64,000 nt of DNA from Candidatus Hydrogenedentota bacterium (GCA_045863335.1 BTVY01000003.1:96001-160000), one strand, 5' to 3'; shown: positions 20,584 through 29,368, counted from the stretch's first letter. Notes: generated by a model from the sequence alone, not told the origin. A program made the numbers and translations.

Positions 20584-22290
20584 GTGGTTCGGCGGTCGCT
20601 CGTTACGTGTAGTTTCGGCGCTTTTGCGGTTCTCACGCTAGCGTTTCCGGCGTTTGCCCAGGTGACTTCGCCCGTCAAGCCTCCCCGAAATGCCGTCGAA
20701 TCGGTGGGAAAGTCCATCGAGTTGGAGACAAAGGGGCTGCTGAGTTGGCTGTTTCGTCCCCGGGCCGCCAAGTTCCCCCGTGAGTTCCGGACCATTGACG
20801 CATCCGAGAATAATCCCATGCACCCCGGATGGGGAGGGGCCGGCTCGGAGCTGATGCGGTTGATGGAGGCCGACTACGCCGACGGATCGTCAGCACCCGC
20901 GGGCGGCACGCGGCTCAGTCCCCGTGCCATCAGCAACGGCTGCGTGGCGCAGACTCAGGACATTCCAAATTCCCACCAGATATCAGACATGTTCTGGCAG
21001 TGGGGGCAGTTCCTCGACCACGATCTGAGCCTCGTCGGCACGATGGACCCCGTCGAACCCTTTGATGTCGCCGTACCCATGGGTGATCCGTTTTTTGATC
21101 CTATGTCCACGGGTACGAAAGTAATCCCAGTCGAGCGGTCGTTCTACCGGATGATCGACGGCGTGCGTGAGCAGGTCAACGAACTGACCGCGTATATCGA
21201 CGCCTCGCAGGTCTATGGTTCCGATGCGGTGCGCGCGCAAGCCTTGCGCAAATTGGACGGCACCGGCCGCATGAAGATGAGCAAGGGGCGCTTGCTACCT
21301 TACAACACGCAGGGTCTCGAAAACGCCATGGGCACGGACCCCAGCTTCTTCCTGGCAGGGGATATCCGCGCCAACGAGCAGGTCGCGCTCACGGCGATGC
21401 ACACCGTTTTCGTGCGCGAGCACAACTGGTGGGCCAAACGCATCCGTCAGGAATACCCCAACATGGATGGGGAGAAAGTGTATCAGTGTGCCCGCGCCCT
21501 GGTCGCCGCCGAGATGCAAGCCATCACCTACAACGAATTCCTGCCTATTCTCCTCGGCCCCGATGCATTGAAGCCCTACGTGGGATACAAGGCCTACATC
21601 AACTCCGGCATCATGAACGAATTCGCCACGGCGGCCTACCGCTTCGGCCATACGATGTTGTCGTCCGAACTCAAACGGCTCGACGCCAACATGCAGCCCA
21701 TTCCGGAAGGCCATCTCGCGTTGGCGGATGCCTTCTTCAATCCGACCGAATACAGTGATATCGGCATCGAACCCTACCTGCGCGGCCAGTCGTTCCAAAT
21801 CGCGCAGGAGGTCGACAGCTTCATCGTCGACGACGTCCGCAATTTCCTCTTCGGACCTCCCGGATCCGGCGGATTCGACCTGGCCTCGCTCAACATCCAG
21901 CGCGGCCGCGACCACGGTCTCCCCGACTACAACGCCGTGCGCGTGGCGGCAGGGCTTCCAGCGCGCACAGATTTCACCCAGATTTCGTCCGACCCGGGCG
22001 TGCAGAATGCCCTGGCGAGCATGTACGCCTCCGTGGACGACATCGATCTCTGGGTGGGCGGTCTGGCGGAAGATCATGTGCCGGGCGCCATAGTCGGCGA
22101 GACGTTCTGGACGATCATCAAGATCCAGTTTGAAGCCCTCCGCGACGGCGACCGCTTCTGGTACAAGGAATACCTTCCCGGCTACCTCGTCGAAATGGTC
22201 GAAGCGCGTACCCTCAGCAAGATCATCCGCCGGAACACCAAGATCGGCAGCGAACTGCAGCAGAACGTATTTGTTGTGCCCAATCCATAA
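20584..22290 (+). CDS. Secreted haem peroxidase, peroxidase-cyclooxygenase (animal peroxidase) superfamily
   Basis: WGQFLDHD (distal His), TAYIDASQVYG, GDIRANEQ, AYRFGHT (proximal His), NIQRGRDHG, LRDGDRFWY. Confidence 0.93.
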   Translation: MVRRSLVTCSFGAFAVLTLAFPAFAQVTSPVKPPRNAVESVGKSIELETKGLLSWLFRPRAAKFPREFRTIDASENNPMHPGWGGAGSELMRLMEADYADGSSAPAGGTRLSPRAISNGCVAQTQDIPNSHQISDMFWQWGQFLDHDLSLVGTMDPVEPFDVAVPMGDPFFDPMSTGTKVIPVERSFYRMIDGVREQVNELTAYIDASQVYGSDAVRAQALRKLDGTGRMKMSKGRLLPYNTQGLENAMGTDPSFFLAGDIRANEQVALTAMHTVFVREHNWWAKRIRQEYPNMDGEKVYQCARALVAAEMQAITYNEFLPILLGPDALKPYVGYKAYINSGIMNEFATAAYRFGHTMLSSELKRLDANMQPIPEGHLALADAFFNPTEYSDIGIEPYLRGQSFQIAQEVDSFIVDDVRNFLFGPPGSGGFDLASLNIQRGRDHGLPDYNAVRVAAGLPARTDFTQISSDPGVQNALASMYASVDDIDLWVGGLAEDHVPGAIVGETFWTIIKIQFEALRDGDRFWYKEYLPGYLVEMVEARTLSKIIRRNTKIGSELQQNVFVVPNP

Positions 22291-22456
22291 TCGGTTCGCA
22301 TCAGTTCGTCTCGTTACGCTCTTCCCGTAGAAGTATTCGCGAATAAATCTCGCTTTAATGTGAACTTTTCCGTACTTCTGGGCATCATATCGGGGAGCAG
22401 AACTGTTCTTACTAGACCCGGGCGGATCGTTCCGCCGAGGGGCTACTGACAAGGAA

Positions 22457-23350
22457 ATGCTTGTGACAGAACAGGTTCCAGAAGAATCGAAGAAGCCGGA
22501 ACTGGTGGAAGCGAAGCCGGTATCCAAGCCGGAAACCGAATCCGAGGGTCCGGATATCACGCGGATCATCGTGCGGACCCGTGCCGCCGCGCCATGGGCC
22601 ATTGCCGCGGTGCTGATTACCGCTATCGTGGTCGTCGGCTTCCTTGTTTACAGCGTGACCTACCGCCTTCCCCGCGAAGCCGCCACGGTCGCCGTGGACA
22701 CCGTCGAGAAAACCGTCAACCGCATGAGCGAATTGCCGACCGGGATCGCCGCTGCCTTCAAGCCCAATGTGAACGTGAACACCACCATTCATCGCGCCGT
22801 TGACGATCTGAAGCAGGAGGCCAAGCTCGTGGTCATGACGGCTGGCGTGGATGTGGAAGTACAGAAGACGAGTGAGAAGGCAATTCTGTGGGACTACCTG
22901 CAACTCGGCGATACCTCCGTGCGGCTTCGCGCCCAGGACAACAAGGTGCAGTACTACATCCCCGTCGCCGAACTGTCGCGCGACAACTTCGAATACGATG
23001 CGGAAGCCGGCGCGGTCTGCCTTCATCTACCCGAACCCGTGCTCGACACCGATTTCGTTGATGTCCAAAGCAACCCCGACCTGTACCAGGTTCAGACCGA
23101 AGTGGGCTGGGGTCGTCTTGAAATGTACTCAGGCCGCTATCTCGAAGACGAAGCCCGGCGAACCCTTCGCGGCACCGTGCTCGAGGAAGGCGATAGCGAA
23201 TTACTCAGGGAACGCGCTCGCAAGGAAGCAGAGCAGGTGGTAACTGCAATGCTGTCGAATCTCGTGTCCGGGCTTAGGGAGGACGTGGCGTTTCGCGTTG
23301 AATTTGACGTAGCGCCATCCGAAACAACAAGCGTGTGGGTCAATGGGTAA
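22457..23350 (+). CDS. Membrane-anchored DUF4230-like protein
   Basis: Single TM segment, LHLPEP.L motif, helical C-terminus LRERARKEAE. Confidence 0.6.
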   Translation: MLVTEQVPEESKKPELVEAKPVSKPETESEGPDITRIIVRTRAAAPWAIAAVLITAIVVVGFLVYSVTYRLPREAATVAVDTVEKTVNRMSELPTGIAAAFKPNVNVNTTIHRAVDDLKQEAKLVVMTAGVDVEVQKTSEKAILWDYLQLGDTSVRLRAQDNKVQYYIPVAELSRDNFEYDAEAGAVCLHLPEPVLDTDFVDVQSNPDLYQVQTEVGWGRLEMYSGRYLEDEARRTLRGTVLEEGDSELLRERARKEAEQVVTAMLSNLVSGLREDVAFRVEFDVAPSETTSVWVNG

Positions 23351-23636
23351 AGAAAAAGTATTCGTTGTGGAGGACAAGAGTCCCGGGTGCATCGGGCAGG
23401 GGATGGCCGTGCTCGGGATACTCGTGTCTACCTTCTGGTTGCTGAATTTCACGTTTGGCGTCGTTGAGTTGCCCGACAATATGCCCTTCGTGGGCAACCT
23501 CGACGAGGCGGCCGCCGCCGCAGTGCTCTTTTCCTGCTTGCGCTACCTCGGTTTTGATGTGCTCCCCTTTGGCAGACGCGGAAAGAAATCGAACGACGAC
23601 GTTATCGACGTCAAGGTGGAAAAGTCGGAAGACTGA
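23343..23636 (+). CDS. Small membrane protein, DUF1232/YkvA-like
   Basis: ELPDNMPFVGNLDE matches the family D.IPD.IP..G.LDD motif; overlaps the upstream stop. Confidence 0.75.
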   Translation: MGKEKVFVVEDKSPGCIGQGMAVLGILVSTFWLLNFTFGVVELPDNMPFVGNLDEAAAAAVLFSCLRYLGFDVLPFGRRGKKSNDDVIDVKVEKSED

Positions 23637-24161
23637 CTACCGTCCCTCTTTCCGGGCGATATCTGCTTCCAGCGCGTCCACCACGTTTTGAAAGAGTTTG
23701 CGGTTTTCCTCGTTCATCTCGGACAGGGTCAGGTGGGCATCGAGGATCATCCGCGCCACATTGACCTCTGCTTCCGGTGCCTCCGGCAGGGGCTGAAGTT
23801 TCCCCTGAATCGGCGCGTCCATGATGAAGATGGTGTATAGCGCGTCGAATCCCGTGACCTTCAAAGCCTTCGCGACGCGCCCCTCCCGCACAATGAGCGT
23901 CGCCTTGCGGCCGAATTCATCCTTGGAGAAGCGGGCAACCTCGGCGAGTAACCCCAGATTCGTGCTGTCGATGCCCGTGGCTTCGGTCAGGTCAACGACG
24001 ATGTTATCAAAGTCCTTCTCAGTGAAGAGCTTGTCCAAGAACACGCGCAAGGCCTTGCTCAGCGGGAAGGTCCAGTTCGAGGTGAAGCCGATGGACCCCA
24101 CGAACTTGAGAACGCACACGTCGCCAAACCGCGCGTGGAAGACCTGACCCTGTGGCTCCAT
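23637..24161 (-). CDS. STAS-domain anti-sigma factor antagonist
   Basis: VVDLTEATGIDSTNLGLL with the conserved phosphorylatable Ser; C-terminal ILDAH..L..MN..N...F..V. Confidence 0.85.
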   Translation of the reverse strand: MEPQGQVFHARFGDVCVLKFVGSIGFTSNWTFPLSKALRVFLDKLFTEKDFDNIVVDLTEATGIDSTNLGLLAEVARFSKDEFGRKATLIVREGRVAKALKVTGFDALYTIFIMDAPIQGKLQPLPEAPEAEVNVARMILDAHLTLSEMNEENRKLFQNVVDALEADIARKEGR

Positions 24162-24282
24162 GCCCAATTCCTTTCCCTGCCTTGAACTAGCTGTATTGTT
24201 CACTGAAAGCGGTAGAATATCAATAGCCGGCGTAGGGTCGCGGACCGGGGTATAATGGGGTGAGGCGCAGCTAAAACACCTC

Positions 24283-24311
24283 TTGCATTTTTGTCAACAT
24301 TTTACTATACT
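24283..24311 (+). promoter_or_regulatory. Putative sigma70 promoter
   Basis: TTGCAT-N17-TATACT, 73 bp upstream of the ORF at 24385. Confidence 0.65.
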
Positions 24312-24384
24312 CGGCTCTGGGGAATCCGGTAAAGGCCAACCGGCAACCGGATCCTGGGGAACCTGAAGTCAGCAGGTAATTACT

Positions 24385-24882
24385 ATGAGCAAGCAGATCA
24401 CCCAAGCCAAGCAGGAGCGAATCGTCGAGGCCGTCCGCCACGGGCTTGAAGGCATGGCCGCCGTGGAGTTCGTCCAGAACAACGGCTTCGCCATGACCAC
24501 GGCGGGCATTGCGAAAAACCTGCGCAGCATGGGAGGGAGGGGACGCGTACAGGAACTGATCAACGACGGGAAGACCAACATCGAGATCATGGAACTGTGC
24601 TTTCCGGAAGCAGACCTTTCGCACCTGCACCCGGAACCACCCAGCCAGCAGGAGTTGTTCGGAAAAGAGCCCGCCACGCGCCGCAGCAGCGTCGTGCCCT
24701 TCCGAGACGACCCGCTCTACGAATCGAGGAAAATGTCCATCAAAGTCCCCGCCGACCTCTACGAAGCCATCCGCCTCGCCGCCAAAGCCGAAGGCAAATC
24801 TCAAAACGAACTCATCGTCGACGTCCTCACCTCCGCCCTCTCCCGAATCCCCGGCCCCCCTAGAGAAGACCAGGAAGACTGA
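24385..24882 (+). CDS. Hypothetical protein with a C-terminal ribbon-helix-helix-like DNA-binding domain
   Basis: KMSIKVPADLYEAIRLAAKAEGKSQNELIVDVL; strong GC3 codon bias; upstream promoter. Confidence 0.7.
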   Translation: MSKQITQAKQERIVEAVRHGLEGMAAVEFVQNNGFAMTTAGIAKNLRSMGGRGRVQELINDGKTNIEIMELCFPEADLSHLHPEPPSQQELFGKEPATRRSSVVPFRDDPLYESRKMSIKVPADLYEAIRLAAKAEGKSQNELIVDVLTSALSRIPGPPREDQED

Positions 24883-24902
24883 GTGTCTTGCGATTCGAAG
24901 TT

Positions 24903-25024
24903 CGAGGTGCCACGGGCTTCCAGCCCGTGAACCCCATGGGCAGGATGCCCATCCCTCTTCAAACGCAACATCGAAGATCCGAAACTGACGCGGAAATGCA
25001 ACGCCGGTCGAAAGCCGCCGCTAC
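24903..25024. repeat. REP-like palindrome cluster, copy A
   Basis: CGAGGTGCCACGGGCTTCCAGCCCGTG plus ATGGGCAGGATGCCCAT; an additional GTAG-type hairpin (reverse) at about 25003-25024. Confidence 0.8.
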
Positions 25025-25036
25025 GAAAGGTACTCC

Positions 25037-25336
25037 ATGGTCCTGTTACGCATTCTGGGCTGCACGGCGATAGCACTTGCTTTGATTGGTCTCGTGCTCA
25101 GCGATCCCACGGGGGTTCTATACCAGGGTCAGGACGCCGCCGGTCGTGGCATGTTCTCCGGGCTCGTATTCGCCTTCTTCGGCTTCCACAGCTTCGTCGT
25201 CAGTTTCGTTGCATTCGGAGTGTCGTTCTTGAAGAAGTATCAACCGCTCGATAAGTTGACGCTGGTTCTCGCGCGGGGCCCCTTCATTCTCTTCCTCCTC
25301 GCGATCATGGTTTCGCTCTTCTGGAACCCATACTAA
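25037..25336 (+). CDS. Small hypothetical membrane protein (about 3 TM)
   Basis: 99-aa hydrophobic ORF with an AAAGG RBS, lying between two REP clusters. Confidence 0.55.
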   Translation: MVLLRILGCTAIALALIGLVLSDPTGVLYQGQDAAGRGMFSGLVFAFFGFHSFVVSFVAFGVSFLKKYQPLDKLTLVLARGPFILFLLAIMVSLFWNPY

Positions 25337-25357
25337 TCCGAGAACCGAAGATGAGGG

Positions 25358-25518
25358 AACGAGGTGCCACGGGCTTCCAGCCCGTGATCCTTCATGGGCG
25401 GAAACGCCCATCCCTCTTCAATCGAGTTTTCCAACAGTCGCGACAACTCCGCCCCAGAGACATGGCCTGGAAGGCACTGACACCTCGAAATCACGGCCTG
25501 GAAGGCCGTGGCACCTCG
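25358..25518. repeat. REP/REPIN-like cluster, copy B
   Basis: 25358-25425 is identical to 28081-28148 (68 bp), followed by inverted units such as CACGGCCTGGAAGGCCGTGGCACCTCG. Confidence 0.85.
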
Positions 25519-25534
25519 AGGCAGTGCGTTCGCG

Positions 25535-26557
25535 TCAATCGTAGTGAGGGAAGTAATCCGGCCGGTCGTGGCGTAGCGAATCTGACGGACGGCCTGTCAA
25601 ACGTTGCGCGAACCAATACACGGCGCGTCCCCCATAGCCTATGGCGGCGCTGGCGCCGAAGGCCGTAGCCAGCGTGTTCGCCATGCCCATGTAGAATGGC
25701 GCCAACGTAAGCGACCATGTCGCATCGGCAAACTGTCCGAGGTGGAGCGACCCCGGACTCCCTTCGTTTGAGACCGACAACACGAGGAAGGGCATCGCAC
25801 CATAGATTCCCAGCAGAATCCACGCGAGGGTGGCGTACGACAAATTCCGCTTAATACGAGGCGGACGGTCGCACCACCACAGCCACGCGACCGATTGAAC
25901 GATGATCGCGAGGAATGCGAGAGCCACGAAAACGCCGGCGGTGGGCCCCGACGTTCCGAAATTCCCAGTAGAGATTCCAATGCTGGGCACCATGCAGAAC
26001 AACAGCAGCGCGCCCGCTAAACACTGCCAAATCCGGACCGGCGTCCAGCGGATGAACCAGGGACGCTCGCCGCGCGCCACCTGTCGTTCCCAATGCAACA
26101 CGACGAACCACGTGAATGCCACCAGCAAGGTTATCAGCGTCACGTTGTACAAGGTCCAAACCATCCCCACGTAGGGTTGGAGTGCTGGTGCACCGCTGGA
26201 TAGGGCCAGCAACACGGACAGGGTAAACGCGTTTAGGATCCGGCCGGCGCCGTAGCAACCGAGGCCGAGCATCGCGATCGCTGCCGGTCGCCGCCCCAAG
26301 CTTACCGTCGCCTCCTGCACGTGGGCGTGTTGCAGCAGTTCCTTCACGACCGCCGGATTCCCGAAGTGCTCACGGACGAGCAGGAACGCGTCTTCCTCCG
26401 TGATGGGGTCTTTTCCGTGGAGGTAACCGTTGAACCGATCCTCCACGTGGGACATCAGCTCTTCCTGAATCTCGGGGTCGATCTCTTCCGCAACGGTGAT
26501 CTGCCTGCACAAGGCACGCAGCCGTTCCTGTATCTCCGAACTGGGTGTCTTATCCAT
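25535..26557 (-). CDS. PadR-associated membrane protein (permease-prefix/HAAS-like N-terminal domain), paralogue 2
   Basis: IQEELMSHVED...EEDAFLLVREHFGNPA followed by several TM helices. Confidence 0.75.
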   Translation of the reverse strand: MDKTPSSEIQERLRALCRQITVAEEIDPEIQEELMSHVEDRFNGYLHGKDPITEEDAFLLVREHFGNPAVVKELLQHAHVQEATVSLGRRPAAIAMLGLGCYGAGRILNAFTLSVLLALSSGAPALQPYVGMVWTLYNVTLITLLVAFTWFVVLHWERQVARGERPWFIRWTPVRIWQCLAGALLLFCMVPSIGISTGNFGTSGPTAGVFVALAFLAIIVQSVAWLWWCDRPPRIKRNLSYATLAWILLGIYGAMPFLVLSVSNEGSPGSLHLGQFADATWSLTLAPFYMGMANTLATAFGASAAIGYGGRAVYWFAQRLTGRPSDSLRHDRPDYFPHYD

Positions 26558-27689
26558 GGGTGTCCTCCGCGAGCCGCAGCATCATGCTATTTGCTGCACT
26601 AGAGTCATGCGCGTGCGCGCTTCTTTCTTGTAACCGAACGCGTCGTCCATCTCATTGCGAGGTCGCTCGCGAACTGTCTGCACTTCGGCGGTAGCGCTGT
26701 AGGTACACGTAAGCTGCGCGTGCCAGAATTCCGACCACTGCAACGTATGCTAGTAAAAAAATGACACCAACGACATTGCTTGTGTGGAGTCCAGACCACC
26801 AACCACCAAACTCGATGGCGGATAGTCTTAGGGGGATAGCAGAGTCGCTCTGTGTGTGAATCGGAATGTATGCGACTGTGGCGGAAAGCGAAGAGTATGT
26901 AGTGACGAGTATCCATGTCGCCATTGTGTGTCGAAGAGTGCGCCGCGATCGGGGTGGAGTATCGCACCACCAAAACCAGGCCGCGGCTTGTGCAATCAGG
27001 CATAGCCCGGCATAACGCGGGAAACGCGTTGCGTATGAATACGTCGCTGTGACGGAATTGTCTAGACTAACGAATGCGAAAGATATGTAATCGATATCAG
27101 GGGTGATATGAACGATAAGCGCTACGGCAAACCCAATGAATACGATTCGACGAATGGACCATCTGGAAAACCAGAAATGCCGTCCGCGCCGGAGTCCGCG
27201 GCGCCAGTAGACTACGGTCGCCCAAATCACACAGGCTACCGCCACGTACGCGAGCAGGACGTACATGCTCCCAAGAGGAGGGAACGTAATTGCTGTGGCA
27301 AAACCGAGAGCGCCCATGACGATGAACAATGTGTGAAGCAGTTTCGCTATACCGAAGCAAATCAGACTCACGATTCCGATCGCTGCCAGTCGCCGCCCCA
27401 AGCTTACCGTCGCCTCCTGCACGTGGGCGTGTTGCAGCAGTTCCTTCACGACCGCCGGATTCCCGAAGTGCTCACGGACGAGCAGGAACGCGTCTTCCTC
27501 CGTGATGGGGTCTTTTCCGTGGAGGTAACCGTTGAACCGATCCTCCACGTGGGACATCAGCTCTTCCTGAATCTCGGGGTCGATCTCTTCCGCAACGGTG
27601 ATCTGCCTGCACAAGGCACGCAGCCGTTCCTGTATCTCCGAACTGGGTGTCTTATCCATGGGTGTCCTCCGCGAGCCGCAGCATCATGC
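26275..27689. repeat. 313-bp direct repeat (26275-26587 and 27377-27689), one mismatch
   Basis: Read directly. Offset is 1102 bp; it covers the padR 3' end and the first ~94 codons of both membrane genes; G/A difference at 26286/27388. Confidence 0.93.
26652..27659 (-). CDS. PadR-associated membrane protein (permease-prefix/HAAS-like N-terminal domain), paralogue 1
   Basis: Same N-terminus as 25535..26557; start overlaps the padR end; more AT-rich TM C-terminus. Confidence 0.75.
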   Translation of the reverse strand: MDKTPSSEIQERLRALCRQITVAEEIDPEIQEELMSHVEDRFNGYLHGKDPITEEDAFLLVREHFGNPAVVKELLQHAHVQEATVSLGRRLAAIGIVSLICFGIAKLLHTLFIVMGALGFATAITFPPLGSMYVLLAYVAVACVIWATVVYWRRGLRRGRHFWFSRWSIRRIVFIGFAVALIVHITPDIDYISFAFVSLDNSVTATYSYATRFPRYAGLCLIAQAAAWFWWCDTPPRSRRTLRHTMATWILVTTYSSLSATVAYIPIHTQSDSAIPLRLSAIEFGGWWSGLHTSNVVGVIFLLAYVAVVGILARAAYVYLQRYRRSADSSRATSQ

Positions 27690-27987
27690 CGTGCAGCGTG
27701 CTCCACCGTTCCGACCCCTCCGCCAGGGCTTCGCGACCCTTGGCCGTGATGTAGTAATACTTCCGGCGACGCCCGACCTCGGACTCCTGCCACTGCGACC
27801 GCACGAGCCCTTCCTTCTCCAGCTTGTGTAGGACCGGGTACATGGTCCCTTCCTGCCAGACGAAGGTTCCGTCGGCCTCCGTATTGACCTCTTTGATGAT
27901 CTCGTACCCGTAGCTGGACTTCTTGGCGAGGACCGTCAACACGAGTATCCGCGTACTCGCGCCCAGCAATTCTTTGTCGAAGTTCAT
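27652..27987 (-). CDS. PadR family transcriptional regulator
   Basis: ELLGAS...VL..L....SYGYEII, EGTMYPVLHKLEKEGLV, RRRKYY.IT.KG; RBS AGGAG before the ATG at 27987. Confidence 0.93.
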   Translation of the reverse strand: MNFDKELLGASTRILVLTVLAKKSSYGYEIIKEVNTEADGTFVWQEGTMYPVLHKLEKEGLVRSQWQESEVGRRRKYYYITAKGREALAEGSERWSTLHGMMLRLAEDTHG

Positions 27988-28000
27988 GGCATTGGCTCCT

Positions 28001-28041
28001 GTACCTAGAAGTACTATACCAAGAACTGCAAGGGTTGTCAA
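28001..28041 (-). promoter_or_regulatory. sigma70 promoter of padR with an overlapping imperfect palindrome (possible autoregulatory operator)
   Basis: TTGACA-N17-TATAGT; GTACTTCTAGGTAC (28001-28014) overlaps the -10 element. Confidence 0.7.
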
Positions 28042-28080
28042 GCGGTATTCAGAAATGACATTGAGGTGCGGTTGAGGTGC

Positions 28081-28236
28081 AACGAGGTGCCACGGGCTTC
28101 CAGCCCGTGATCCTTCATGGGCGGAAACGCCCATCCCTCTTCAATCGAACCAACAAGGGAACGCGAATGCCCCGCACCGAAGACATGGCCTGGAAGGCCA
28201 TGGCACCTCGAATCATGGGCGGGAAGCCCATGCCAA
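28081..28236. repeat. REP/REPIN-like cluster, copy C
   Basis: 68 bp identical to copy B, then inverted CATGGCCTGGAAGGCCATGGCACCTCG and CATGGGCGGGAAGCCCATG. Confidence 0.85.
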
Positions 28237-28242
28237 CTCGGG

Positions 28243-29193
28243 TCATAAATCGGGACGAATTGACTTCAGGAGAGATACGTTGCGCCGCATGCCGCGATGT
28301 TTCGCGCGAAGGATGGGAGTCCCGGAGAACTCTTCCCGAAAGGCATCCTCATCGATTTCAGAAATCCAATCCGGGTCGAGGTTCGCATGTCCGGGACGAG
28401 GATGAAAATCAGCCACGTCCGTCTCACTTGCTTTGCGATTCCACGGGCACACGTCCTGACAGATATCGCAACCGAAGACCCAGCCATCAAAACTCGACCG
28501 CAACTCGTTCGGGATTTCCCCGCGATTCTCGATGGTTTGGTAGGAAATGCAACGACGCGAATCGACGACTCCCGTTTCCACAATTGCATCGGTTGGACAC
28601 GCATCGATGCACGCGCGGCAGCTACCGCACTGGTCCGGCACCGGCGAATCCGGCTTCAGTTCCACCGTCGTAAGGATTGTCCCCAGGAAGAACCAGGACC
28701 CCAAATCGCGGCGTAGCACGAGACTGTTCTTGCCGATCCAGCCAATGCCGGCACGCGCGGCCCACGCCCGTTCCAGCACCGGACCGCTGTCGATGCTGCA
28801 GTAGGTCTGCACGCCATCTTCGAGGGTTTCGATGAACCGTGCCAACCGGCGCAGCGGCTTCAACATGACGCGGTGATAATCCCGCCCCCACGCGTACCGC
28901 GCCACTTTCCCAGCACCCTCTTCCGCGTCCGGACGCGGCGCATAGTAGTTTCGCGCAACCACGACCACGGATTTAGTGCCCGGCAATTTCTTCTGCACGT
29001 CCTGCCGGATGTCGCGCGTGCGCTCCATCCAGTCCATATCTGCATGATAGCCCTTGCGCAGCCACTCGCCAAGACGGTCTTCGGGATCAATTGGCGTAGC
29101 CGCAGCGATACCGCACGCGTCGAAGCGCTCTTCGCGCGCGCGTTGTTGGATAAGAATTGTGTGGAGCGAGCTCTTGGAAGGCGAGTTTCGCAT
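28243..29193 (-). CDS. queG: Epoxyqueuosine reductase
   Basis: ARYAWGRDYH, DSGPVLER, GIGWIGKN, CGSCRACIDACPT, CISYQTIE, GCDICQDVCPWN. Confidence 0.96.
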   Translation of the reverse strand: MRNSPSKSSLHTILIQQRAREERFDACGIAAATPIDPEDRLGEWLRKGYHADMDWMERTRDIRQDVQKKLPGTKSVVVVARNYYAPRPDAEEGAGKVARYAWGRDYHRVMLKPLRRLARFIETLEDGVQTYCSIDSGPVLERAWAARAGIGWIGKNSLVLRRDLGSWFFLGTILTTVELKPDSPVPDQCGSCRACIDACPTDAIVETGVVDSRRCISYQTIENRGEIPNELRSSFDGWVFGCDICQDVCPWNRKASETDVADFHPRPGHANLDPDWISEIDEDAFREEFSGTPILRAKHRGMRRNVSLLKSIRPDL

Positions 29194-29210
29194 GGTCTCA
29201 TTGGAGTCCC

Positions 29211-29311
29211 TTTATGGACAGTATGGACGACATGGACTCTATGGACATTATGCCTCTGGCAATGCTCTGCGGCCTGTCCATATCGTCCATTTAGTCCATA
29301 CCGTCCATAAA
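29211..29311. repeat. Inverted pair of 9-bp-period tandem repeats (4x ATGGAC-N3 and 4x GTCCAT-N3)
   Basis: tttATGGACagtATGGACgacATGGACtctATGGAC ... GTCCATatcGTCCATttaGTCCATaccGTCCATaaa. Confidence 0.85.
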
Positions 29312-29368
29312 CCGATCTCAGCAGGCGGAGACATGCTCTGAGCGCTATGAACGCGCACTCGCTTCGAT

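Noticed and set aside
24315-24380. Cobalamin riboswitch (GGGAATCCGGT...CCGG resemblance)
   Set aside because: The leader is too short, no B12 box is visible, and the downstream gene is unrelated
24385-25336. Toxin-antitoxin pair (RHH-like protein plus small ORF)
   Set aside because: The genes are separated by a REP cluster, and the small ORF is a hydrophobic membrane protein with no known toxin motif
26275-27689. Diversity-generating retroelement TR/VR pair
   Set aside because: There is only one mismatch (T/C on the coding strand), the repeat is at the 5' end of the genes, and no reverse transcriptase is in the window
24903-29311. CRISPR array
   Set aside because: The repeats are REP-like palindromes or 9-bp tandem units without regular unique spacers, and there are no cas genes
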